DNA of 64,000 nt from Malacoraja senta. Its lineage: Eukaryota. Positions 13,250 through 25,860 of the stretch are shown one piece after another. The notes beneath the pieces are model-generated. The model did no database searches. It was not told where the DNA came from and saw nothing but the letters and a program-made list of their open reading frames with translations. Position 1 is the stretch's first letter. Every line of letters starts with the position of its first letter. The DNA lies in assembly GCA_038087875.1 (NCBI GenBank), contig CM075987.1:21826001-21890000 (forward strand), given 5' to 3'. The position numbers and the translations under genes are program-made.

Positions 13250-14020
13250 TGCCTGCCACGGGTGCATCTGTAGACATTGCATTCATTCATGTCGCCCCAC
13301 ATACCAGGCACCCACGGAGCGGAAGGCCGCTGATCGGCAGCCCCCTGGACTGACGGAGGATCCACAGGACGCTTCTCTTCCCCCTATCTGTCCACTCGAC
13401 GGCTCCTGTCCCCACAATTGTGGGGGGGGGGGGGGGGGGGGGAGTCCTCTGCGCCCTCGCCCGCTCACTGCACCCAGCCGAGCCGAGCGGGTGCGGAAGG
13501 CAGGAGCATCCGAAGGCGGACTCCCCTCCCGTCCCGTCAGCCGGAGAGCGCAGGATTTTACCTCTCACAGACCCCGCATTCCACAGGGCGCCGCCATCTT
13601 GACCGCCGCACCCCCTCCAACCCGACCCGACCGCATCCGCCGCGAGTGATAAACAAATAAACCCGAACTACTTCTCCATCTACTCCTCACAAAGCAACAT
13701 GCTCCTTGCAAAGTCTCCCCTCAGCAAACTACAACTTGTCTTCTCCCACGAACAGAAATATATCTTCCTATAGATGTTTTCCAGAGAGATTTTGTCTTAA
13801 CAATGTAGGTAGATTGTTGTTTTAACGCCTCTTTTCCCCGATTCTGGTTTGCGGAGGGATACCACGCGGGGCGATGCGGTTGCGCGTGATTTAAGGGGGC
13901 CAGAGCGCGCCTGCGCAGACTGTCCGAAGGACCCCGCCGGCTCGGCATGACGTCACTCCATTCTGGTAAACAGGTTATTGCCGGGCAAAGGGGCGTGTCG
14001 GCAGAGCTGCCAATCACAAT
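13250..14020. promoter_or_regulatory. CpG island / TSC1 promoter
   Basis: CpG-rich unique sequence with NRF1-like GCGCCTGCGCA (13907-13917), CRE TGACGTCA (13948-13955), forkhead GTAAACA (13966-13972), GC box near 13990 and CCAAT (14010-14014). Confidence 0.85.
13562..13625 (-). other. TSC1: TSC1 non-coding exon 1 (5' boundary approximate) containing a YY1-type motif and a uORF
   Basis: Minus strand GTCAAGATGGCGGCGCCCTGTGGAATGCGGGGTCTGTGAGAG|gtaaaa inside a CpG island; resembles the recalled human TSC1 exon 1. Confidence 0.75.
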
Positions 14021-15011
14021 CTGAAGTGAAGCTTTTCATGATTGCAGCAAAAAGGTGTGGGGAAGACAAATAAATGTATGAGTTACATGGAGCGTTAATG
14101 ACTAACGCCCTTGGGAAAAACAGCACCACGGTTAATATTCATTTGCATTAGACATAAAAAGTGAATTATGAAATTTAAATGAAGATCCCCCCTTTGCTCC
14201 TCCACCTATTGTAATTGTGTTTGCCTTCTCAACTCATAGGGTCATAGAGTCTTACAGCGTGGAAATAGGCCCTTCGCCCAACTTGCCCACACCAGCCAAC
14301 ATGTCCCATCTACATTAGTCCCACCTGCCTGAATTTGCACCATATCCCACTAAACCATGTGCTAAATGTTTCTTAAACATTGCGATAATACCTGTCTCAA
14401 CCCCCTCCTCCAGTAGCTGATTCCTTACACCTACCACCCTTTACCCCTCCGGTTCCGATCAAATCTTTTCCCCCTCACCTTAAACCTATGTCCTCTGGTT
14501 CTAGATTCCCCTACTCTGGGCAAGAGGCTCTAGCCGATCAATTCCTCTCATTATATTTATATTTATGCATTGTCTGAGATGACTGGATACCATGTGAAAC
14601 AAAGCTATCACTATATCTCATGTGACAATAATAAACCTAACCTAAGATGCTGGGATTTTTACTAAAATGCAAAGAGAGTCAAGAATGTTTAATTGTCAAT
14701 TGTACTGAAACAGAACAATGAAATTCTTACTTGCAGCAGCACAACAGGTTTGTAAACACAGTACCCAATAAACAAATAAAAAGTTCAATTAAAAAAAATA
14801 TATAGTGCAAAACAAAACACAAGCCCAAATTCCCTCGTGTAACCAAGGCAGTTCATTGTTTGATGTTTGTAGTGTTCAATAGCCTGATAGTTATTGGGAA
14901 GAAGCTGTTCCTGAACCTGGAGGTCATGGTTTTGAGACTCTATTAATTTCTTGCCAATGACAGGTGTTATATACTTATAAAACAATATAATCAAAAAATG
15001 ATTATTGATGA

Positions 15012-15492
15012 AAAGGAATAGATGACGTTTCAGGTCGTAACCCTTCTATAGACTGAGAGTCAAGGGAAAGAGAAACAAGAGATATATTTGGTGATATAGA
15101 GAGATATAAAATAAATGAATAAAAGATATGCCAAAAAGTAATGATGATAAAAGCAATAGGCCATTGTTAGCTGTGGCCTGGGTGAAAATGAGTTACAGTC
15201 AATCAGACTCAACAAGATGAGTTTGAAGCTGTACAGCGACTTGGGTGGGGGAGTGATGGAGAGAGAGGGAATGCAAGGCTTATTGAAGTTAGAGAATATT
15301 CATACCACTGAGTTGCAAGCTTCCCTGCGAAATATGAGGTGCTGTTCCTCCAATTTGCGTTTGGCCTCACTCTGACAAAGGAGCAGGCCCAGGACAGAAA
15401 GGTCAGTGTGTGAACAGGAAGGGGAATTAAATTGTTAGGCAACTGGGAGATAGGTAGGTCCAGGCAGACTGAGCAAAGGTGTTCAGCGAAAC
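15012..15492 (-). mobile_element. PLE 3' part: frameshifted GIY-YIG endonuclease C-terminus plus terminal repeat
   Basis: Minus strand FAEHLCSV...HTDLSVLGLLLCQSEAKRKLEEQHLIFR, followed by a degenerate hammerhead core near 15023-15052. Confidence 0.8.
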
Positions 15493-18400
15493 TAAACAAT
15501 TGATCTAAGCGTCCCCAGCTCTCTTTTCCAGCTTTCTTCCCCTTACCTCAATCAGTTTGAAGAAAGGCCCTGACATGAAATGTTTTTTGTCCATTCCCTC
15601 CATAGATGCTCCCCGACCCTCTGAGTTACCCCAGCACATTGTGTTTTGCTTGTGGTTGCAGCATCTACAGTTCCTTGTGTCTCCACTTATCACATTCCTT
15701 ACTTAACAGATTCCAGAATCGACTGCCATGTGTTGTCCCCACTTGTCACCTTCTGGCCTCTGTCTTTACTTCCTGATTGCCCACCATCCACCTGGCTCCA
15801 TCTGCCATTATCCCCCTCCTCACCTGTTCCACCAATCGCCTATCTGCTCCTGCCTCACCCATCCCCTCAATTCATACTGGATATCTCCCCTCTACATTCT
15901 CAGTCCTGATACAGACTCCTGACCCGAAATGTCAACTATCCCTCTCCCTCCACAGATATTCCCTGACCTGCTGCGTTTCTCCATCAGTTTGTTTATTGCT
16001 CCAGATTCCAACATCCGCAGTGTCTTGTGTCTTCAACCAAATCTGTTACTTTTGTTCATCACCAAACAGATGTGTGCTTGCTGGCTTCGATCCACTACCT
16101 TTCCCTAATGCTTTAAATTAAATTAAATGGTCCTCCCCTCCCCCATCTAGGCAACCTCCTCCAATCCTTCAACCAAATCCCAGAATCTAAATTATTCAGC
16201 CCAAAAGATTGATTGACTGAAAGATATGGCATGGAAACTGTCCCCTCGGCCCACCAAGTCCCCGCCGACCATTGATCACCCGTTCACACTAGCTATAGGT
16301 TATCTCACTTTCTCATCCACACCCTATGCATTAGTAGCGATTTACAGGGGCCAATTAACCAACAAACATGCACATTTTTGGTCTGTGAGAGGAAACCCAC
16401 ACAGTCATAGGGAGAACGTGCAAAACTCCACACAGACTACCAGCTGCACCACTGTGCCACCATGCTTGCATATTCTCCCCTATCTTTGCCAGAAGTGAAA
16501 TTAATCACTTTATTTGCAACCGATACAATAAAGTGCAGTAAAGGACTGTCAAGCCATTTTGAATTGCATCGTACTCCACGTGCTCCAAGTTTTTGGTCAT
16601 CCATCACAGAAGGGAAGGGGTCTATGGGAGAGTTTGCCCCTAGATCAGCAAACGCTAATGTTATTAGGATCATAAAGAGCACGGTTTACTGCCTGCTGCG
16701 ATAGCCTGCCTATATTTCCTGTTATGTTTCTATGCTGTTGTTTTTGTGGGAACAGCATGATATAAAATCACACATAAAATTCAATCTGAATGTTTAGTTT
16801 ATTTTATTTATTGCCACATGTACTGAGGTACAATGAAAAGCTTTTGTTGCATGCCATCCAGTCAGCAGAAAGACAATACATGATTACAATCGAGCCATTC
16901 ACAGTGGCTTGATAATGACCCTGCTAAATGATAATGCCATTGCAGGAAAACGTGAACATTTTATTCTGTATGAAGCAATGTTTTGTAAACAAAAGGTGGA
17001 GACACTGCCATCTGTTGAAAAACCGAAGGATTACAATATGGAGTCTCAAGGATTACAATATCTCTTGCAGAGCACAAAGTGTTGGAGTAACTCACCGGGC
17101 CAGGCAGCAGCTGTGGAGGGAATGGACAGAAGAGATTTTGGGCCAGGACCATTCTTTACAAGTAGAAACAAGAAACTACAGATGCTGGTTTACAAAAAAG
17201 ACACAAAGTGCTGGAGTCAGTGGGTCAGGCAGCATCTCTGGAGATCATGGATAGGCAATGTTTCAGTTCCCCACCTGAAACATTAGCTATCCATGTTCTC
17301 CGGAGATGCTGCCTGACCTGCTGAGATACTCCAGCACTTTGTGACCCTTCTTTACAATATTAACGCATCTTTCCATGTTCACATATTTACATAGTAATAT
17401 CACCCCAGACTTTTAAACATTTACAGTTTGTGTTTTGCAAGCACAAATGCTCTCCTCATATTTCCTCTTTGAGTTACATATCATTCTCTCTCTTCCCATT
17501 TTGATCTTATCCTTCAAAGTGCCCTTCAATTTTACACATTTTTGATAGAACGGTACATCAGAAGCTACAAATGCCTAATTCCCCTGCTGGCTGCTTATAG
17601 TGATTTCTGTTTAGCTTTCAGATCTTTAAGAATTCTACTATTTCTATTAGTAGCATATCCACCATTGCTCACCTTATAACATTGAGCCAATCTGTGCTCA
17701 ACCACTGACTGACCTATCAAATCTGTCTTTATTGATGAACATTGGTCCCAGCCTCGAGTAATTTTCTTTCCCCCATTTCTGTAAATTCATCCACTCACCA
17801 CCACCAACACTTCAAGTTCCTTCAACCCTGACATTGAACTTTCCTCCCTCTATCATTTAAGTGTTCAGTGGCTGAGTTTTCATACCACCAGACTGGCATT
17901 CTGGAATTCTGTCCTTAAATCTCCTTGGAACATTTTCCATGTTGAAGGTGTTGTGTAAATGAAATGTACTGTATATGTTCTTAAATTACACTGAACCACC
18001 TAATATATATTCAGATTCAGATTCAGATTCAGATTCAACATTATTGTCATTGTGCAGTGTACAGTACAGAGACAACGAAACGCAGAAATATATGTGTAGG
18101 AACGAACTGCAGATGCTGTTTTAAACTGAAGATAGACGCAAAAAGCTGGAGTAACTCAGCGGGACAAAATCATCTCTGGAGAGAAGGAATGGGTGACGTT
18201 TCGGGTCGAGATCCTTCTTCAGACACCTTATATATATATATGTATTGTTAATGGTACAACACCGCCACCTATTGATTGAAATCTGGGGATACATATTTAT
18301 TTTACATCATGAGCAATGCAATACTTGCACCTCTTTTCTTTCCTTCATCCAGGGACCAGGCTCCCTTTCCAGTAGGTACAACATTTTAGATATTCTTCGT

Positions 18401-19589
18401 TAACTTTAATATACTTTAGTTATTGTTTTACAAATCCTGATGCCATGACTTCGTTGATTGGGCAACCACTCTGTTGAAGCCACAAGCATGACTCCAAGCC
18501 ACCGAGTATGTTGATTTTCAGCAAAGTTATGGCACAGTAAGTGGCCATTTGGCCCATCCTTTATCGCTCGGTCAAGGATATAGATTTTAAGTTTAGAACC
18601 TACTTCCTATATCTTGGTCACAACCCTTCATGAGTTCATCCAGTTCTTTACACACATGGTGTTTGTTTCTCTCCACCATGATTTTATGTATGTCCACAGT
18701 ATGCCCTAAGCCACTACTACTCATTGATTTTCTTTTCTTAACTGCCCTCTAATCCTTCAACCAATTGACTTAAATCTACAGCAAAAAACAAACTGCTGGA
18801 GGAACTCAATGGGTCGAACAGCAGTTAAATTCCTTCAGCAGTTTGTTTTTCACATCAAATTCCAATTTCTGCCATCTCTTGTGTCTCCTTTCTAAGTCTC
18901 TCTCCCAAGGGAACTAGGTCATTTTAATTTCATCTTAATTATATCCCCTCCCAGTTTCAGAAATGTGCCCAGAGAATTTCCCTTTTCATTCTATATTCCT
19001 AACTCACGGTGTAAATGTGTATTCTTAGACCTGTGTCTGGAAATGTCCAATGCAATATGTCAAAGGATTGCAACATATGTATGAGTTACCCTGGACCAGT
19101 CCTAGTTCATGTTCGGGTCGTTAAAACCCTCAATTATCACTGCTTGTTATTTTTGCACTTCTTGAAAATTTGCCGAAGATAGACTCAAGGAGCTGGAGTA
19201 ACTCAGCAGGACAGGCAGCATCTCTGGAGAGGAGGAATGGGTGGCGTTTCAGGTTGAGAACCTTCTTCCCGAAATGTTACCCATTCCTGCTCTCCAGAGA
19301 TACTGCCTGTCCCGCTGAGTTACTCCAGCTTTTTGTGTCTATCCTATGTGTTATTGGTCACTCTGCACCTTGTGTAGAATTATGGGCAGCTGTGGGAAAG
19401 CTCTCATCTGGTGTGAGCACTAAGCTCGTGGAATCTTAAACATGTTTCCGGACCTGCATTGACATGATCATAATTGTTCTATGATTTCTTATAGACTAGC
19501 TAAGATTTCTCTGATTTTCTGGGATGTTATTGACAAATCATTGAACGGGAACAGCGCAACAGTGCCAACCAATGGTTGTTAGTGGTGTG

Positions 19590-19980
19590 GGTACACAAAA
19601 ATGCTGGAGAAACTCAGCGGGTGCAGCAGCATCTATGGAGCGAAGGAAATAGGCAACGTTTCGGGCTGAAACCCTTCTTCAGACTGATAAGGGGTGGGGA
19701 GAAGAAAGGAAAAAAGGAAAAAGGCGGAGGAGGAGCCTGAGGACTGGGGGAGGGGAGGAGACAACCAGAGGGCTGATGAAGGGGAGGGGACAGCAAGGGC
19801 TACCAGAATTGAGAGAATTCAATGTTCAAGCCCCCAGGATGTAGACTGCCCAAGCGGAATATGAGGTGCATTTCCTCCAATTTACGGTGTTGCTCGCTGT
19901 GGCCATGGAGGAGACCCAGGACAGAGAGGTCAGATACGGAATGGGACGGGGAGTTGAAGTGCTGAGCCACCGGGAGGCCA
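19590..19980 (-). mobile_element. PLE: GIY-YIG C-terminus plus terminal repeat with hammerhead core (19655-19682)
   Basis: ORF 19800-20063 contains LPVAQHFNSPSHSVSDLSVLGLLHGHSEQHRKLEEMHLIFRLGSLHPGGLNIEF; downstream on the same strand is CTGAAGA-AGGGTTTCAGCCC-GAAACGTT. Confidence 0.9.
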
Positions 19981-20689
19981 CCGGTTGTCAGTGGTGTTGC
20001 AGGTAGAGCAGGAGAGACAATTTCAAAAGGCATTAATGAAAGCAGAAAATGCTGGAAAAACAAGCAAACAGAGAAATCATCACCATTTTGGGTTCAAAAG
20101 CACTCTGAAATGAGAAAGAAAGACATCAAGAGTCAAGAGTATTTTCATGTGTACCAAAAACGAAACAATGAAATTCTTTATTTGCAGCAGCATAACAAGT
20201 CTGCAAACACAATATAACGCAATAAACAAATATATTCAATAAATTAAAAAAATCCCATTATTAGTGTAAAACAAAATCCTAAAGTCCCTAGTGCAACCAA
20301 GACAGTTCGTACTTTGTAGCTTAGTTGGTGTTGGTCGTGTTCAAGAGCCTGCTGGTTGTTGGGAAGAACATGGAGGTCACAGGTTCCTGTACCTTCTTCT
20401 CAATGGCAGAAGTGAATCATGTGTCCTCACTCTTCTTGGGCAATCATAGAAACATAGAAACATAGAGACCATTTGGCCATTCGAGCCTGCAACCGCCATT
20501 CATTGTGATCATGGCTGATCATCCACAATCAGTAACCCGTGCCTGCCTTCTCCCCATATCCCGTGATTCCGCTGGCCCCTAGAGCTCTATCTAACTCTCT
20601 TTTAAATTCATCCAGTGAATTGGCCTCTACTGCCTTCTGTGGCAGAGAATTATTGATCCCCTTTTAAAGCAGGTTGGAAACTCAGATAT

Positions 20690-20935
20690 CAGTTATGAGT
20701 GGTTGAGGATCTCCGCAAAAACTCCGGACGGATTCCGAGAATGGGACCAGGTACTGACACCATCAGGTACTGACACTTTCCAAGGGTTCACCCTCGTGAA
20801 GGATCTTCTGACATCGGCCTCAGTGACAACAATGCTAAGAAGGCATATCAATGTTTTCCAAGAAGGCACATCAATGTTTTCCCTTCCGAAACATGTGCAG
20901 CACATATTGAGCTCGTCCAGGAGTGATTTGTGGTG
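20690..20935 (-). mobile_element. Rex1/Babar-like LINE fragment
   Basis: ORF 20693-20938: LDELN...VTEADVRRSFTRVNPWKVSVPDGV...GVFAEILNHS. Confidence 0.7.
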
Positions 20936-21947
20936 CATTTATGATGGAGACTTCCACTGCATTGCATGGCATTTTACAGCACCTGAAGGACTTTTGCTGG
21001 TGAAGGACTTTTCCCAGGACTTGTTCTTCCCATGTAAACGTGTTGTTTAAGAGGCTTTTAGATTATGCACATGGATATGCAGGAATATGGATCATGTGCA
21101 GGCAGCTGAGATTAGTTTATCTTGGCATCATATTCAACACAGACACTGTGGGCCAAATGACCTGTTCCTGTGCTGTACTGTTTTATGTTCTGTGTTCAAA
21201 GCATCCAGCAATCTCTCAGTTCTGGTCTGGAATATCAGTCTTTATACTTGTGCTTATTTCTGGAGCAGGCTTGAACTCACAACTTTATGACTGAAATATG
21301 AGTGTGTTATCAACTGCAGCATGCAGTGGGAAAAGGAAGTTGATAAAGGATAGCAAATTCAACAGCTCGCTAATTGCAGAACAGTGCCTAAAAACTCCTT
21401 GCAAACTGTCGGAACTCTGGCCACAGAAACCATGTGAAATGTTTTCAGCAAAACCTGTGCCATGTTTAGTGCTAGTCCAGCCCTTCCTTCATATCTAGTC
21501 TGAATATATGTTGAAACATTCTTGTCCTGACATACCCCATCTCTGCACAGTGTGTATCTACTATTGTCTTCTCCCCCTGTCTTGCTCAAAAACAATCTGC
21601 ACAAATAATTTCAGCGCTTTAACATTTATTTTGTTCCAGTTTAAAGAAAGGAAAGGTAGAATGAGTTGCATTGTTATGATTGAAAAATGTCAGATGATGG
21701 AAATTTGGTATAAAAGCAGGAAGTTCTGGTAATGCTCATCAGGCATGAGGTCATTGACTTGAATGATGGAATTATTCAATGCAATGATACTTTATTGTGA
21801 CGTACCTAGGTACAGTGAAATGCTTTGTTTTGCATACAACCTGATAAAAGCGTACAGCAGACCTTACCTAGGCTGTGCACAAGAGACACCACGTGTCTGG
21901 CGTCAACAAAGTCACAAATTTTCACCTTCTCAAAATTGAGATTGAAG

Positions 21948-22258
21948 TGGCGGCACAGTGGCGTAGCTGGAAGAGCCGCTGTCTCACAGTGGAAGAGATC
22001 CAGGTTCGATCCTGACAATGGGTGCTGTCTCCTTGTGACCGCATGGGTTTTCTCCGAGTGCTCTGACTTCCTCCCACATCCCAAAGACGTGCAGGTTTGT
22101 AGGTTAATTGGCCGTTGTAAGTTACCCCCAGTGTTTAGGGAGTAGAAGAGAAAGAGGGATAATGTAGAACTAGTATGAACGTGTGATCGATGGTCAGCAT
22201 GGACTCAGTGGGCTAAAGGGCCAGTTTTCATGCTGTAACTCTAAACTCTAAACTTTAA
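21948..22258 (+). mobile_element. HE1-like tRNA-derived V-SINE
   Basis: A/B-box head (gtggcgtagctgg...ggttcgatcc), V-domain (ttcctcccacatcccaaagacgtgcagg), and CR1-like tail with (ctaaa)n. Confidence 0.85.
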
Positions 22259-23583
22259 ACCAGCACTGTCACCCAACTTTATATCTTCAGCAAACCTGGA
22301 TATGTTACACAGGGCTCTATTATCAACATCATCTGGGGCCTTGGCACCATTCACTTTAGCACCGCACTAATAAATGCTTCCCAATGCGAAAATGATCTGT
22401 TCATTCATACTCTCTGTTTTTGGCTGTTCAACAATCCTCAGTCCATGCCGGTCTAATATCACCCAACTACTGTAGTCTAATTTTGTTTAATAATTTCTTG
22501 CCTGGGACCTTATCAAAGGCCTTCTGCCAGTTCAATCCACTGGTTTCTATTCTGTGGCTTACAACCACAAAAACCCAGGCAGATTTGTCAAATATCCAAA
22601 AAATTCACGTTGATTCTTTCCAATCCCAGTATTATTTTCTAGCGCTCTGTTCCCAATTCAATGAGAGATTCCGCTTTGCCAGGTGAGACAGGGTTTTATT
22701 GAAATCCTCTCTCCGATCAAGATCCAAATGTTAGATTGATACATGATAGAGGGGCAGAGATTTTAATGCCGGATTCGCAGCTGATCACTTGCTGGCACAG
22801 GTGCTGTCACCGGCATTTCCATGAAACTCTGTTCCACCAACAGTTCCCACAACAGTTGTACACAAATCAGATGGAAACATTTGAAGAAATTTCCAATGCA
22901 AATGTGTTATTATGTCAGGATTGCAGGCTCTCACCCTGCTTCTGTTGAGAGAGAGAGACTGATGGCATCTGACCATCAGGAACACGAGCTACAAGGGCAA
23001 GAGCGATCTGGAGAGTGATGGGGAGTGCGTTAGCCAGAGGGAGGAAGGGAGACGTGGGGACAGACAGTCTTAAAGAAAAAAGGAATGAGATAAAGTGTGA
23101 AAGAAACCAAAATAAGCAAGTAAAAAGAGGAGTGAATTTGTCGAAAATCATAACCTATGGAAGAAGTGGCAAATGGATAATGGAGAGATTATCAGAGGGC
23201 TAAGGTAAGGTCAGTGGGATAATGGAGGGAGTATCATGGATAATGCAGAGGATATCAGAGAGTCAATGGGGAATACCAGAAGGGTATTTGGACAATTGAA
23301 AATAGAGTGACTGTCAAAGATTTAATGGAAGAAATCAAGATAAGGGACAGCAGATGGAATGATTAACTGACAACGGAGGAATATCAGACACATTTGGAAC
23401 TAGCAGGCAGTATTTAGCTCAGATATAGACACATTGTCAGTTATGTCTTGAAATGTTGCCTTGCTGGAAGCTGGCTTCTTTTTTCGTTGGCCTAATTTTA
23501 ATGTTTGTGGGTGAGCTTTGCACTTTTATGAACATTTTGTTTGGACAGTGGAATCTCTGGTGGTTCCGCGACTTGAGCCCATG

Positions 23584-23878
23584 GGGCGGCACGGTGGCGC
23601 AGTGGTAAAGTTGTTGTCTGACAGCGCCAGAGACCCGGATGGTGCTGGCTGGACTGAGTTGGTACATTCTCCCTGTGACCTCCAGTTTTCTCTGTGTTCC
23701 CCGGTTTCCTCCCACGCTCCGAAGAAGTACAGGTTTGAAGGTTAATTGGCTTGGTACAATTGTAAATTGTCCCTAGTGTGTGTAGGATAGTGTCAGTGTG
23801 CGGGGAACGTTGGTCAGCGTGGACTCGGTGGGCCGAAGGGCCTGTTTCCGCGCTGTATCTCTAAACTAACCTAAATTA
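23584..23878 (+). mobile_element. HE1-like V-SINE
   Basis: ggcggcacggtggcgcagtgg...ggactcggtgggccgaagggcctgtttccgcgctgtatctctaaac. Confidence 0.88.
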
Positions 23879-25276
23879 ACCAATAATCTTGAGTGAGACA
23901 TTTCTATGTGATTGTCAAATGTTAAGTAAAGAAGACCCAATACGGGTTGATGCAGGGACATTAGGAAGAGAGCCCCTGAATGATATTCTTTGTTCTCAGC
24001 CTGGAATTAAATGACCAGCAAAGGTTTAGAGAAGCAAAGGTTTGTGGCTTCAAGTCGCCCACCAAAACACAATCCAGGTGAACACTCAAATACAATACCA
24101 AGGTACTGCTCAAATGAAGTGTGGGGACATTTTTTATTGATGTCTTCAGCAATATTTATTGTTCTACCATTAATAAAAATATATTTATCTTACTCCTGAG
24201 CGTGGGACACTGCATACAATGACTACACTTTGAAAGCATTGACCAGCTCTAAACTATTTTGGGACTTCCAAATATTTAATGGATGTTCTATCTTCATTAC
24301 AACCTCAATGTTTCCAAAAAATATCTCCATTTAATCACACATATGCCTGCATTAGTCTATAGCCACATGGCTTCCCAAGAAATAGGAGGTACTTGGGACT
24401 GCCGTCACCTGCAAGTTTCTCACTGGATTACATGCCATCATGACTGGAGATACATTGCCACCCTTGGTCCCTATCTCTACCTAACTGCATATGTTTACAG
24501 GAAGAAATATAGCAGATCTTATAGAGGTGTATGAAATCATGAGAGGAACAGATCAGGTCAGAGTGGGTGAATTGAGGACCAAAGGACATAGGTTTAACGT
24601 GAAGGGGAAAAGATCTAATAGGAATCTGAGGGATAACTTTTTCACACAAAGGGTGGTGGGTGTATGGAACAAGCTGCCAGAGGACGTAGTTGAGGGAGGA
24701 ATTACAGTATCCTAATGTTTAAGAAGCAGTTAGACAGGTACATTTGGAGGGATATGGTCCAAACGCAGGCAGGTGGGACTGGTGTGTAGCTGGGACATGT
24801 TGGCCGGTGTGGGCAAGTTGTGCCAAAAGGCCTGTTTCCACTCTATGGCTCTATCAAGAAGACAGTTTGCCCTATTCTTCTTGAGGCACATGATGGCTGG
24901 CAAATATCTCGCCTTGCCAGTTACCATCTCCACTATTATAACTGTTAAAAATAGTAGACTTGCAACAACATTAAATAACATTATTTGTTACTGCATTGAA
25001 GCATCAATCTCCATTAAAGTAACAGTCTGCGCCTTATATGAAGAAAGATGCCTAATCTATTAAATACATCCAACGTATTATGGAGTGCTTTTCTAAAAAG
25101 CCATTATATGTGAGCGGTCACGATCATCAATCTACCATGTACAACAACAAACAGTAACAACTCTGTCCTTCTGCTGCTCCTTGTGCTTGAGTTTCCATTC
25201 AATTAAGTAATTTAGTGATTAAAAAAAGGTGAGATTGGCCAGTAGTTCTTGCCTTATGTATCCTGTAAAAACAAAG

Positions 25277-25860
25277 TCATAGAACAGTATAGCATGGGAA
25301 CGGGCCTTCATTCCACAAACATGATGCCAGGTTAAACTAGTGCCAAACATGATGCCAGGTTAAACTAGTCTCCTCTGCCTGCACATGATCCATATCCCTC
25401 CATTTCCTGCATATTCATATGCCTATCTAAAAGTCTCTTAAATGCTGCTATCATAACTGCCTCCATCACCACCCCTGGCAATGCGTTCCAAACACCCACC
25501 ACCCTCTGTGTAAAAAAAAACTTGCCCCGTACATCTCATTTAAACTTTGCACATCTCACCTTAATGCTACGCCAATCTAGTCCTTGACATTTCCACCCTG
25601 CGAAAAGGTTCTGACTGTGTATCCCATCTATGCTCTCATTATTTTATGGACTTGTATCTGGTCTCACCTCAACCTCTGACACTCCAGAGGAAAGAATCCA
25701 CATTTGTCCAACCTCTCCTAATAGACAATACCCTCTAATCCAGGCAGCATTTTGGGAAACCTCTTCTGCACCCCTCCTAAGCCTTTGCATCCTTCCTGCA
25801 CGGGGTGACCAGAACAGCACACAATACTCCAAATGCAATCTAACCAAAGTCCTGTAAAGC
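25277..25860 (-). mobile_element. CR1/HER1 LINE 3' fragment
   Basis: ORF 25644-25847 begins LVRLHLEYCVLFWSP (CR1 RPHLEYCVQFWSP motif); 3' tail near 25280. Confidence 0.85.

Noticed and set aside
23584..23660. tRNA genes at SINE heads (also 21948, 35218, 48615, 58820)
   Set aside because: A/B-box-like heads continue into the V-domain and CR1 tail, and no complete cloverleaf is present.
25316..25369. Short direct tandem duplications (also 741-796 and the tatgaagatct triplet at 10239-10302)
   Set aside because: Ordinary slippage duplications of two or three units with no further structure.
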